Assembly (NCBI GenBank): GCA_964373055.1
Contig: CAYJTM010000001.1
Coordinates: forward strand, 28,688-92,687
Direction: 5' to 3'
From: an uncultured Planctomycetia bacterium
GTDB lineage: Bacteria > Omnitrophota > Gorgyraeia > 1-14-0-20-64-10
DNA: 64,000 bases
Every line of letters begins with the position of its first letter. Within the stretch, counting starts at the first letter, position 1. Both the position numbers and the translations under genes were made by a program. The notes beneath the pieces were generated by a model. The model saw nothing but the letters and a program-made list of their open reading frames with translations. It had not been told where the DNA came from and did no database searches. Of the stretch, positions 18,102 through 27,040 are shown piece after piece.

Positions 18102-19192
18102 GGAAGCTCCTTGGCCTTTCCGGTCCGTTGGGATTTGAGCGCCCGCATGAACTCTTCCTCGCTCAGGCCCGTGATCTGAAGGTAGTAATCCAGCTGCCCC
18201 GGCCGCTGGGGATCGAACTTCTTGATCAGCTCGAATCCCTCCTCGCGGGTGAGCAGCCCGGCCCGCACATCCTGGCTGACGTGATCGGTGGCCCGCCCGA
18301 AACCCCGTTTCACGAACTTGGCGTAGTCGTGCACGCCGGCCATCCTGCACTCCACGCTCTTGTACCCCTTGTAGGTCCCCTCGACGTTGTCTTCCCGCCA
18401 GCCGTAAGCGGATTTAAGAAACTCCACTTGCCGCTCGCCGTCCCAGAAGAGGTAGTCGCCGAGAAAGATCCCGCGGACGCCGGCGGCCTGGAGCTCCTCC
18501 GGGGTCGGAAACCGGAACGGGTAGAGGTCCCGGCCCGAGAGCCCCTCCCCCTCCATCCCTTCCACCCCCACCTTCATCGAGACCTTGGGATAGTAGCCCT
18601 CGTCGAACCGGACGGCGTCCTGGTAGCTTGCCTTGTTTCCCGCCTCGGCGACCGATTCCCCCCAGATGATCAAGGGGACGTTGAACTTGACAGCCACCTG
18701 CAGAGGGAAGGAGCCCACGCCCGCGTGGCAATGCCAGCAGGGATCCCCGATCCGGTAGAGGGATTTTTGGGCGATCCGGTTCACCAGGTCGCGGGCCGGG
18801 CTGAACAGCAGGTGGTCCACCCCCATCTTCTCCAGGATGTTCCAGAGATTGTATTCGCCGGTCTCGGTGAACCACCGGTGGCTGAAGGTGCAGGCCAGCG
18901 GCTTCATCCCGTATTGTTTCACCAGCACGTGAAGCTGGAAGGCGCTGTCCTTGCCTCCGCTGATCGGAACCAGGCAGTCGTAGTTGTCTCCGCTGGAGCG
19001 CTTGGCCTCTTCCAGGATCCCGCGCAGCTGCCGTTCTCGTTCGGCCCAATCGATACGCATCTTCTGTTCCGAGCTCTGGCACGCGCGGCAGACCCCCATC
19101 TCATCAAAGAGGGTTCCTTCGGAAGTCTCCGGCATGCAGCAGCGGACGCAGGTGCGCAGGTTCGCGAACAGAGGCCGGCCCGGCGCGCTCAT
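18098..19192 (-). CDS. N-acetyl sugar amidotransferase, PseA/WbuX family (PP-loop ATPase)
   Basis: 364 aa; N-terminal Cys-rich zinc ribbon (CVRCCMPE...CRAC), SGGKDS PP-loop, strong overall similarity to the PseA/WbuX family as recalled. Confidence 0.85.
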   Translation of the reverse strand: MSAPGRPLFANLRTCVRCCMPETSEGTLFDEMGVCRACQSSEQKMRIDWAERERQLRGILEEAKRSSGDNYDCLVPISGGKDSAFQLHVLVKQYGMKPLACTFSHRWFTETGEYNLWNILEKMGVDHLLFSPARDLVNRIAQKSLYRIGDPCWHCHAGVGSFPLQVAVKFNVPLIIWGESVAEAGNKASYQDAVRFDEGYYPKVSMKVGVEGMEGEGLSGRDLYPFRFPTPEELQAAGVRGIFLGDYLFWDGERQVEFLKSAYGWREDNVEGTYKGYKSVECRMAGVHDYAKFVKRGFGRATDHVSQDVRAGLLTREEGFELIKKFDPQRPGQLDYYLQITGLSEEEFMRALKSQRTGKAKELP

Positions 19193-20280
19193 CAGTTCAT
19201 CTTCGCGGCGGCCGCGAGGAACCGGCGCGCTTCCATCTCGGCCCGTTGCACCGCCTCTTCCGGAGGGCCATCCAGGATCGTAAAGGGGTTCTTCTCTTTG
19301 CGGATCGTCTTCAGGATCCGACCGGTGTCACCCGAGCAGGCTTCCACCAAAGACAAGAATCCACGGGCCTTGTCCTCAAACCGGCGCTCGTAGGTCCGGA
19401 GCCGATGGGAGAGGTCAGCCGCGCTGTCCCGGGTCCCGCCGTCGATCGCGTCGAGGAGCTCCGCGCGGGAAAGCGGCCGGGCCGCGCGGGCCAGCGTGTA
19501 GTACGCGCCCGGGATCCCCTCGAGGGGCTCGGAGGTGAACCGGATCGGCTTGAAGCCGAAGCGCAGCAGCGCCAGCTTCAGCGTCCGGTTCGAGAAATAG
19601 CGGTAATGGTTGTGGTTGTAATATTCCAGCGGGGAGCCCCACATCGCGTGGCTGCGGGTGCGCATCAGCAGCAGCCCGCCCTCCTCCAACACGAAGCGGC
19701 AGCGGCGCATCGCGCGGGAGAAATCGTAGACGTGCTCGAACGTGCCGAGGCTGACCGCCAGCGAGAACTCCCCTTTCCGGAACGGCAGGTTCTCGGCGTC
19801 GCCGATCCGCACTGGCAGCCGCAGGCCCCGGCCCGTCTTCACCGAGCCGACGTCCGGGTCCACGCCGGCGCACCGCCAGCCGGCTTTCAGGAACGGGACC
19901 ATCGTGGCGCCCGCCGAGCAGCCGATGTCCAGCATCTTGCCGGCGGAGCTGGCCGCCTTTTCGATGAAGCGAAGGATTTGTTCCCCCCGGTGTGTTTGCC
20001 GCCTCAGGTATTCTGCCGTGGGGGCGGAGCGGCCGGTGGCGACGTGCCGGTAGGTCTTACGGTAATAATCGATGTAGAACCGGCGCTCGTACCGCGGGTT
20101 GATCATCACGAACCCGCAGCGCCCGCAGACCCGCACCGGCAGCGGGCCGTAGACGCCCGGCCCGCCGACGCGGCCCTTGGACTGCAGCAGGCTGAACCGC
20201 CTGCTGTCGCAGATCTCGCAGGGGATCGTCCGCGGACGGTAGCGGCCGTTCATGCCGATGATTTCCAGATATTTTTTCAT
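19192..20280 (-). CDS. Zinc-ribbon SAM-dependent methyltransferase (class I); possible CmoB-analog partner of the adjacent CmoA
   Basis: 362 aa; CEICDSRRF...CGRCGF ribbon, MLDIGCSAGATM motif I, GTFEHV motif. Confidence 0.78.
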   Translation of the reverse strand: MKKYLEIIGMNGRYRPRTIPCEICDSRRFSLLQSKGRVGGPGVYGPLPVRVCGRCGFVMINPRYERRFYIDYYRKTYRHVATGRSAPTAEYLRRQTHRGEQILRFIEKAASSAGKMLDIGCSAGATMVPFLKAGWRCAGVDPDVGSVKTGRGLRLPVRIGDAENLPFRKGEFSLAVSLGTFEHVYDFSRAMRRCRFVLEEGGLLLMRTRSHAMWGSPLEYYNHNHYRYFSNRTLKLALLRFGFKPIRFTSEPLEGIPGAYYTLARAARPLSRAELLDAIDGGTRDSAADLSHRLRTYERRFEDKARGFLSLVEACSGDTGRILKTIRKEKNPFTILDGPPEEAVQRAEMEARRFLAAAAKMN

Positions 20281-21011
20281 GGTTTCAGCGCGATGAACGA
20301 GGCGAAGTTATACCAGCGGAAATACAGCTCCGGCGCGGCAAAACCGTTTCGCTGGAGCAGCTCGGCGTTCTCTTTTACCTTGTACGGGACCAGCACATTC
20401 TCCAGAGCTTCCCTTTTTTGCGCAATCTCCATTTCTGAATAGCCTTTCTTGCGCTTGAACTCGTAGTAGAGGTCGATATACATGCTGTTCAGCGTGGGGT
20501 CTTCCGCGAGCACCTTTTCCGACAGCAGCAGGCAGCCCCGCGGCCGCAAGGCCTGGAAGATGTTCCGGATCAGCGTGTCCCGGTACAGGGGGCGAACGAA
20601 CTGCAGCGTGTAGTTCATGATCACCACGCTGACGGGCCCAAGATCGAATTCCTGGTGGAGGTCCTGCTGGCGCAGGTCGCAGCGTTGAAGCAAGCCCAGC
20701 CGGCCCAGGTTCTCCCGGCTCTTGTCCAGCATCGCCTTCGAAAGGTCGAAGCCCACAATGCGGACCGTGGGGTCCGGAATGCCCTGACAGAGCAGGGCCA
20801 TCGTGGTTCCGGTTGAACAGCCCAGATCGGCCACCCCGCTGCCCGGCTGCGCGAAATTCCGGGCCAGCTCGACCGTCATGCGCTGCGCCTCCCTGTAGAG
20901 CGGCACGCTGCGCTCCAGCATATCGTCGAACACGTTGGCCACCGTCTCGTCGAACTGGAAGCCGGACGCCCTCTGCACCGGGGAATCGAAAATCTTGTCC
21001 CGGCCGCTCAT
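20277..21011 (-). CDS. cmoA: Carboxy-S-adenosyl-L-methionine synthase (CmoA family)
   Basis: 244 aa; N-terminal FQFDETVANVFDDMLERSVPLY and C-terminal KKGYSEMEIAQKREALENV align closely with E. coli CmoA ([20 protein letters not shown] ... ANGYSELEISQKRSMLENV); same length class. Confidence 0.8.
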   Translation of the reverse strand: MSGRDKIFDSPVQRASGFQFDETVANVFDDMLERSVPLYREAQRMTVELARNFAQPGSGVADLGCSTGTTMALLCQGIPDPTVRIVGFDLSKAMLDKSRENLGRLGLLQRCDLRQQDLHQEFDLGPVSVVIMNYTLQFVRPLYRDTLIRNIFQALRPRGCLLLSEKVLAEDPTLNSMYIDLYYEFKRKKGYSEMEIAQKREALENVLVPYKVKENAELLQRNGFAAPELYFRWYNFASFIALKP

Positions 21012-22381
21012 GAACGGCTCTCCGCCATCGCCGGGTCTCTCTGGGCCATTTCCACGGGGCTCCTCTCTTGCAGAAACCCTTCCTGCGTCAGCAGGCGGGC
21101 GAATTGGAGCAGCGGGTAATCCCCGTATTTTCGCCCCACCAGTTGCGCGCCGAACGGGAGCCCGGAGGGAGCGGTGAAAACCGGTATGCTCAGGGCCGGA
21201 ACACCGCAGAAGGTCCAGATCAGGCAGTTGTCCGGCAGGTCCCTTCCCTCGAGGCCGAGCGGGGCCTCTGAGCCGGTGGAGAGCGTAAGCAGCAGGTCTA
21301 CTGCTTTCTCCTCAAACAGGCGATCCAAATCCTGGGTGGCCCTTGCCTGAAAATCCAGGCAGTCCCGGTACTCGGCCGGGCCGACCTTCGCCCCTTCCTC
21401 CAGCATGGAGCGGAACAACCCGCTTAAGGCGTCCGGGGTCCGGTTCTCCGCCTTGAAGTAGTAGGCCAGCATGCGGCAATAGATCCGCTGGTGGACGTCG
21501 TGGATCCTTGCAAAATCGGGCGGCAGGTTCACATCGACAACCGAAACACCCCGCACCGCCGCAAGCCGGCCGACGAACCGCTCGAGCGCTTCTCTCGCGT
21601 AGGGCTTCGCCTGCTCCCACTTGGGCCCCCGCACGAAACCGACCCGCCAGCCGGAGGGGTCCGGCGCCTCAGCCGTGGGATCCACACGCTGCTGGACCAC
21701 TGGGTGGTTGCTCCCTCGAACGCGCGTCCGGTCGAAAATCAGCCGGAGATCGTCGATGTTCCGAGCCAAAAAGGAAACGTGATCCAACGTGTCCGTTGTC
21801 TTGAGCATGCCCGTCCTGGGAAGCAACCCGAAGCTGGGCTTGAAGCCATAGATGCCGCAGTAGCTGGCCGGCCGGATCGTGGAGCCGGCGGTCTGGCTGC
21901 CCAAGGCGAGGGGGACCATTCCCGTGGCGACCGCCACGGCCGAGCCGCTGGAAGAGGTGCCCGGTGAGCGGGCGAGATCGTGGGGGTTCCGTGTGGGCCC
22001 CGGCGCGTGGACCGCGAACTCACTGGTGACCGTCTTGCCCAGCACAATCCCGCCGCTGCGTTTCAACGCGGCCACCACCCGGGCGTCGTTTCCTGGGGTG
22101 AAGCCCTTCCAGAGGGGGCTCCCCATCTCGGTCGGCATCTCGGTTGTGTTGAAGATGTCCTTCACCCCGATTGGGGCTCCCTCCAGTGGGCCGGCGGTTC
22201 CGCCCCGTGCCCTGGAGTGGTCCGCTTCCTCCGCGTGCCGCAACGGGATCTCCGGATTCAGGAAGGCCCAGGCGCGGAGCTGCGGTTCCAGCGAATCGGC
22301 GCGAGATAAACAGGAGCGCGCCCATTCCGCGGAGCGGAGTTTCCCCGCCCGGATCTCCGGAATCGCCCTAGAGGCCGACAT
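21008..22381 (-). CDS. Amidase-signature family amidase (GatA-like)
   Basis: GTSSSGSAVAVATG (GGSSGG-type motif), Ser-cisSer-Lys context. Start likely MSASRAIPEIRAGKL (22381); the ORF track starts at 22426. Confidence 0.78.
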   Translation of the reverse strand: MSASRAIPEIRAGKLRSAEWARSCLSRADSLEPQLRAWAFLNPEIPLRHAEEADHSRARGGTAGPLEGAPIGVKDIFNTTEMPTEMGSPLWKGFTPGNDARVVAALKRSGGIVLGKTVTSEFAVHAPGPTRNPHDLARSPGTSSSGSAVAVATGMVPLALGSQTAGSTIRPASYCGIYGFKPSFGLLPRTGMLKTTDTLDHVSFLARNIDDLRLIFDRTRVRGSNHPVVQQRVDPTAEAPDPSGWRVGFVRGPKWEQAKPYAREALERFVGRLAAVRGVSVVDVNLPPDFARIHDVHQRIYCRMLAYYFKAENRTPDALSGLFRSMLEEGAKVGPAEYRDCLDFQARATQDLDRLFEEKAVDLLLTLSTGSEAPLGLEGRDLPDNCLIWTFCGVPALSIPVFTAPSGLPFGAQLVGRKYGDYPLLQFARLLTQEGFLQERSPVEMAQRDPAMAESRS

Positions 22382-22392
22382 CTGCCAGGGGT

Positions 22393-23157
22393 TCACGCGG
22401 CGCACGCCTCTTTCTGCGACATCCATTCCAGCGGAAGCCGACCGGCCGCAGCGGCTTGCATCACCGCGTGAAGATCAAAGTCCGGATCCCACGGATGGCA
22501 GGCCGTGAAGACCTCCCGGACCCCATCGAGGTTGTGAGGGTAATTAACGGCAAACGTCCACTCCGGTTTGTGGAGCTGAGCCCAGGGGCCTTCGGCCGCC
22601 AGGTAGCCGATCGAAAATTCTTCGGGATGTTCCGTGAAATAGCGTGTCGAATGCTCCCGGTCCATCGGATCGGTGGTCCGCGCAGCCACCCGGTCAAGCG
22701 CGTCGGCCGAGTAGACCTGGGCCCGGATCCCAATGGGGAATCGGGGCAGCCCCGCAGGGGCGTGCGGGTATTCCCGGGTCACATTGACGGCATAGTCAAA
22801 ACGGCCGGACTGATAGAGCCCCACCACGGCCTCGATCAGCGCCGAGTGGACCAGCGGGTTGTCGCCCAAGAGCTCCACGATGGCGTCCCCTCCGAAACGT
22901 TTCCATGCCTGATGGACGCGCCCGAGCACATCCTCGGCGGGGCCGCGGTGACAGAGAACGCCCAGGCGCTCTGCCCACAAGCTGAGGGGGGCGTCCTCCG
23001 GGCAGTCCGTCGTGGCCAGGACGATCCGGTCCAGACAGCGCGCCTTGGAAACCCGCTCCAGCATCCGTTCGATCATCGGTTTGCCCAGGATCAGCTGCAT
23101 TGTTTTGCCTGGAAACCGGCTGGAGCCCATCCGCGCCACTAGGATCGCCGTCGTCAT
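22393..23157 (-). CDS. Cytidylyltransferase, SpsF/PseF/NeuA-like (paralog of 3447..4211)
   Basis: Start MTTAILVARMGSSRFPGK (23157, ATGA overlap); 254 aa, same length and signature as 3447..4211. Confidence 0.82.
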   Translation of the reverse strand: MTTAILVARMGSSRFPGKTMQLILGKPMIERMLERVSKARCLDRIVLATTDCPEDAPLSLWAERLGVLCHRGPAEDVLGRVHQAWKRFGGDAIVELLGDNPLVHSALIEAVVGLYQSGRFDYAVNVTREYPHAPAGLPRFPIGIRAQVYSADALDRVAARTTDPMDREHSTRYFTEHPEEFSIGYLAAEGPWAQLHKPEWTFAVNYPHNLDGVREVFTACHPWDPDFDLHAVMQAAAAGRLPLEWMSQKEACAA

Positions 23158-23735
23158 GAGCCGTTTCCGAAGCGCCGCAGGAACTCGTTTTTGAGAACGC
23201 CGTATTCGATCACGTCCAGGTATCGGTTCTGTTTGAACGCCGCTTGGCGCCGGCACCCCTCTTCCCTCATCCCGAGGGAGCGGGCAAGCCGCCTCATCGG
23301 CGCGTTGGTTTCGAAGGTTCCGCAGTAAACCCGGTTCAGATTCAGCGTGAAAAAGGCGTGCCGGAGCAGCAAGGCCGCCGCCTCCTTCGAATACCCCTTA
23401 CCCCAGCAGGACCGGTCGCCGATGAGGATGGCGAACTCCCCGGAACGGGAGACCGGATCGATGCTCTTTAAGGCCACGTTCCCGATGTGCTGCCTGTCGC
23501 TCCGGCGGGCCACGGCCAGGATGAGCTCGCTCGCGTTGGAATGGGCCCGCTCGACGTACCGGAGCGCCTGCTCTCTCGAGTAAGGGAACCGGTGGTGCCC
23601 GTTCCCGGCGCAGACCACCTCATCGTTGAACCACTCCGCGTAGGGGCCGAAGGCGTCCTGGCGGCGGAGGGGCCTTAAAAAAACCTTTTTTCCTTGGAGG
23701 AAAGGAACCCCCTGGGAATGGACAGATTTCATCAT
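23154..23735 (-). CDS. GNAT-family N-acetyltransferase (PseH/RimL-like)
   Basis: Start MMKSVHSQ (23735); acetyl-CoA binding-like segment RQHIGNVAL...GKGYSKEA. The N-terminal 71 aa of the ORF track are discarded. Confidence 0.72.
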   Translation of the reverse strand: MMKSVHSQGVPFLQGKKVFLRPLRRQDAFGPYAEWFNDEVVCAGNGHHRFPYSREQALRYVERAHSNASELILAVARRSDRQHIGNVALKSIDPVSRSGEFAILIGDRSCWGKGYSKEAAALLLRHAFFTLNLNRVYCGTFETNAPMRRLARSLGMREEGCRRQAAFKQNRYLDVIEYGVLKNEFLRRFGNGS

Positions 23736-23763
23736 GTAACTTGTTATGATAGCACGAATTCTG

Positions 23764-25059
23764 TTACCGGGGAGCGGATTCGAGGAGTGCGGGGGCGTTC
23801 TCGAGGACCTTGTGAAAAGCGGCACTAACCTGGTCCATATGCGTCTGCGTGAGGGGCCAGCGGCAGAACCGCCCGAAGAGGAGCTCCCGCTCAAACAGAG
23901 CTTCCGCGGCGGGACAGAGGCCGCGTGGATAGCGGTAGGGAGCTCCACCCGGCCCGTTCCGGAACGGGAAGCCCTCTTTCCCGATGGCGATCCCCTTCTG
24001 GAAGAGCGGCTCCCAGTAGACGGGTCGGGCGTAGTCGCTCCTCAAGGGGATCCCCTCCGCCTGGACGGCCCGCAGGAACAGCTCACGCGGCAGTCCGCAG
24101 CGCTTCTCGTCGTAGCGCATGGCGTAGAAGTAATAGACGTGCCGGCTGTCCGGGTCGAGCGCCCGCTGAGGCCGCAGGCCGGGCAGCGAGGCCAGCTCTT
24201 TGTCCAGCGAGGCGGCCAGCCGCAGGCGATGCTGCGTCAGCTCTTCCAGCCGGCGCAGTTGCACGGAGGCGATGGCCGCTTCAATTTCGGTCATGCGGGT
24301 GTTTCCGCCGAAGGTGTTCTCCAGGCGCTCCACCCCCAGGGCTTCCACCGCGGTTTCGCCGTGATTCCGGATCAGCCGCAGGCGCAGGGCCAGCTCCTCG
24401 TCCTCCGTCACCATCACCCCGCCCTCCCCGGTCTGGATCGTCTTGTGGACGTTGAGGCTGAACCCCCCGATCCGACCCAGCGTGCCCACCGGCTTGCCCC
24501 GGTACGCCGCCCCCGGGGCCTGCGCGCAGTCCTCGAGGACGGCCAGGCCGTGGCGGCGGGCGACCTCCAGCAGCGGCTCCATCGGGGCGGGATGCCCGAA
24601 CAGGTGGACCACCACCAGGGCCCGTGTCCGCTCGGAGATCCGTTCCTCCACTGAAACGGGGTCGATGCAGAAGGTCTGCGGGTCCACGTCCGCAAAGATC
24701 GGGACCGCCCCGTAGGCCAGCGGGCAGACGGCGGAGGCGGACATGGTCAGCGGCGGGACGATCACTTCATCGCCGGGACCGATTCCCAGCGCTCCGATGG
24801 CGGCGTACAGACCGGAGGTCAGGGAGTTGAAAGCGATCGCGTGGCGCACCCCAAAATGGCCCGCCCACTCCTGTTCCAGCTTGCGCACCCGTGGGCCACC
24901 CAGGAAACCGGGCCCGGGTCCCGCTTGGAATCCGGAGAGGGTCCCCGAATCCAGAACCTCGAGGACGGCCTGCTTCTCCTCCTTCCCGATGGTGGAGGCC
25001 TCGGGCCACCTCTCTCGGCAAACGGGGACGCCTCCCAGGAGGGCTAGCTGTTCAGGCAT
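23764..25059 (-). CDS. DegT/DnrJ/EryC1/StrS family aminotransferase
   Basis: 431 aa; EEKQAVLEVL..., SLNVHKTIQTGEGG PLP-lysine; paralog of the C-terminal half of gene 1. Confidence 0.85.
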   Translation of the reverse strand: MPEQLALLGGVPVCRERWPEASTIGKEEKQAVLEVLDSGTLSGFQAGPGPGFLGGPRVRKLEQEWAGHFGVRHAIAFNSLTSGLYAAIGALGIGPGDEVIVPPLTMSASAVCPLAYGAVPIFADVDPQTFCIDPVSVEERISERTRALVVVHLFGHPAPMEPLLEVARRHGLAVLEDCAQAPGAAYRGKPVGTLGRIGGFSLNVHKTIQTGEGGVMVTEDEELALRLRLIRNHGETAVEALGVERLENTFGGNTRMTEIEAAIASVQLRRLEELTQHRLRLAASLDKELASLPGLRPQRALDPDSRHVYYFYAMRYDEKRCGLPRELFLRAVQAEGIPLRSDYARPVYWEPLFQKGIAIGKEGFPFRNGPGGAPYRYPRGLCPAAEALFERELLFGRFCRWPLTQTHMDQVSAAFHKVLENAPALLESAPR

Positions 25060-27040
25060 GCCGCGCCATCTCTTGAACCTCCGCCGGTTCCGGAGGGGGC
25101 GTCACGGATCCGTGTTGCCGCCCGACATCCTCGACGGCGGAGAGGATCACCCGGCGGAATCGCTCGAGGCATTCCCCGTCGGAATAGCGGCTGAAGTCGC
25201 GCGCCAAAGAGTCCCAGTGGCAGTCGAATCCCCGGAATCCGGACGCTATGCCCCGGAAAGCGCGTACCAAATCCTTCCGATTCCGGAGGACTAAATCCCG
25301 GCCGTACTGAGCAAAGACTTTTTCCGCCAGGAACCGGTAGTCGAACGTGAAGGTGGGCTTGCCGGCCGCCGTCGTCTCGATGAGGCCTGTCGTGGTTGTG
25401 GCCGCGATCACCAGATCTGCGAGCGCAAACCACTCGTACGTAGTGAAATGGCTTAAGTCCAGCACGATCCGTGAATCCTCTCGCAGCACCGCTTCAAGCC
25501 CAAGGGCCCGAGTGCGGGCAGCAAGCTCCACGGAACGGAATCGACAGACCACCGTGAGGTCACCGGGCACCTCGGCGCGCAGGAGGCGCAACCCCTCAAT
25601 CGCCTCCCGGATGCGGCGGAGGTCTTGGTGCCCGCCCAGCGTCGGAAAGAGCATGACCACCAGCGGCCTGCGGCCGCCGGTGAGGCCCCGGAAGCGCTCC
25701 TGCAGCTCTTGTAAGCGCTCCTGCCGCTGGGCGGCCTTCACAAAATCGCTCCTCCAGGAGCCGACAAGTATATTCTGCATGTGGTTCCAGTGCGGCTCGA
25801 AGGCCCTCAGGAACGCCTCTCCCCACACGGCGTGCCGGTGGATGTGGGTGTATCGGAGCACCGGGAATCCGGCGGGCCCATCCGGGGCTCCGTGGTGGTC
25901 CCCGACGGTGATTCGCCCCAACTTCTCGGATAGGATCGTGCGGACCACGTGGGAGGAGGAATAATCCTGGGCCTCCAAGAGCACCTTGTATTCCACCCAC
26001 GTGGTAAAGAGCTGGATTTTCAAGAAATTGTGCAGCAGGGCGGCGGAGGCCCAGGTGATCCGCGGATCTTCGGAGAGGGCCTCTCCGAAACGCCGGAGGA
26101 GTCCTGCCAGAAAATGCAAGTAATAGCCGAGCGCCTCCCGCGTGAATCCAAGAGTCAGGGGGAACCGTTTCGGATCGAAGTAGCGGATCCCCCGGCGGTT
26201 CATCCGTTCCTCCTGATTCCGCCTCTCCTCCGGGGTGAAGAGCCATTCCGAAAAATAGAAGGCCATGCGCGACGGGTCCAAGTCGCCGCCGAGAAGATAG
26301 GAATCGTCCAACCCGGTTTTCAAACCGCGGTTCGTGCCGTCCTCGCTGAATCCCCAGATCAACGGCGCCACCACATCGGCCCGGATCGGAGCCGCTCGCC
26401 GGCGAAACCCGGCGCGCCACGCGGTCCTCAGCAGGAAGAGGGCGGGCGTCCCGAGAAGGAAGAGCAGGTTGAACCCCAAGAGGCGGCGGACCCAATGGCC
26501 GAGGCGGTCCTTCATCCATAAGGCCGAGCGGACGGCTGAAGGAACCGCGTCATGGAGCTCCTGCTCCGTGAGGAAGGACTGATGGAACGCGTACCGGTCG
26601 TATGCGGCCGGGATGATGCCTAACGTTTCCCCGGAGCTCTTGAGGTGGCGTGCCGTCCGGTAGAACTGGGTCTCATAGAGGACCCAGGGAAGCAGCCGGA
26701 TTTTATAGAAGCGGTCCAGATGCGGGTCCGCGATCAGGCCCTGAAGAACCGAGGGGCTGGCGGAGCCCGCGACGCGGGGAAAGAGCGCCTCCAGGGCGCG
26801 GTCTGAGGCGAGGTTGTTCTCATAGGCCAGCGGGAAGGCCTCCTCGGGTTCCTGCTCCCCGACAACCGCCCGCCGGTTGATCCAGCGGATAAGACGCTCC
26901 GCCCACCGGCCGCGCCTGGCCTTGCGCCCTAACCGACCCAGCCAGTAAGGGCGATAAAAAACCACTCGGTCCGCCCGCAGGAGCTGAGGCAATGCCAGCA
27001 AGACCAGCCCGATCGACGGGTTTTGAAAAAAGAGGGTCAT
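25052..27040 (-). CDS. Large cytoplasmic transferase, probable TagF-like (CDP-glycerol glycerophosphotransferase family, PF04464-like) polymerase/phosphotransferase
   Basis: 662 aa; C-terminal ADLVIAATTTTGLIETTAAGKPTFTFDY resembles the aDiLITDYSS...grPiifY block; VVMLFPTLGGHQD resembles the YAPTWR region. Family call is tentative. Confidence 0.45.
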   Translation of the reverse strand: MTLFFQNPSIGLVLLALPQLLRADRVVFYRPYWLGRLGRKARRGRWAERLIRWINRRAVVGEQEPEEAFPLAYENNLASDRALEALFPRVAGSASPSVLQGLIADPHLDRFYKIRLLPWVLYETQFYRTARHLKSSGETLGIIPAAYDRYAFHQSFLTEQELHDAVPSAVRSALWMKDRLGHWVRRLLGFNLLFLLGTPALFLLRTAWRAGFRRRAAPIRADVVAPLIWGFSEDGTNRGLKTGLDDSYLLGGDLDPSRMAFYFSEWLFTPEERRNQEERMNRRGIRYFDPKRFPLTLGFTREALGYYLHFLAGLLRRFGEALSEDPRITWASAALLHNFLKIQLFTTWVEYKVLLEAQDYSSSHVVRTILSEKLGRITVGDHHGAPDGPAGFPVLRYTHIHRHAVWGEAFLRAFEPHWNHMQNILVGSWRSDFVKAAQRQERLQELQERFRGLTGGRRPLVVMLFPTLGGHQDLRRIREAIEGLRLLRAEVPGDLTVVCRFRSVELAARTRALGLEAVLREDSRIVLDLSHFTTYEWFALADLVIAATTTTGLIETTAAGKPTFTFDYRFLAEKVFAQYGRDLVLRNRKDLVRAFRGIASGFRGFDCHWDSLARDFSRYSDGECLERFRRVILSAVEDVGRQHGSVTPPPEPAEVQEMARHA

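Noticed and set aside
14825-20442. Several long plus-strand ORFs (14825..16078, 16713..18179, 18128..19393, 19246..20442)
   Set aside because: All are antisense to well-supported minus-strand genes with clear family motifs. They are themselves low-complexity with no motifs.
23640-23710. A8/T6 run (ggccttaaaaaaaaccttttttcc) that looked like a possible hairpin, terminator or slippery site
   Set aside because: It lies inside the GNAT coding sequence (encodes ...GVPFLQGKKVFLRP...). The A/T runs cannot form a stable stem with a 2-nt loop, and there is no downstream U-tract in the transcribed orientation.
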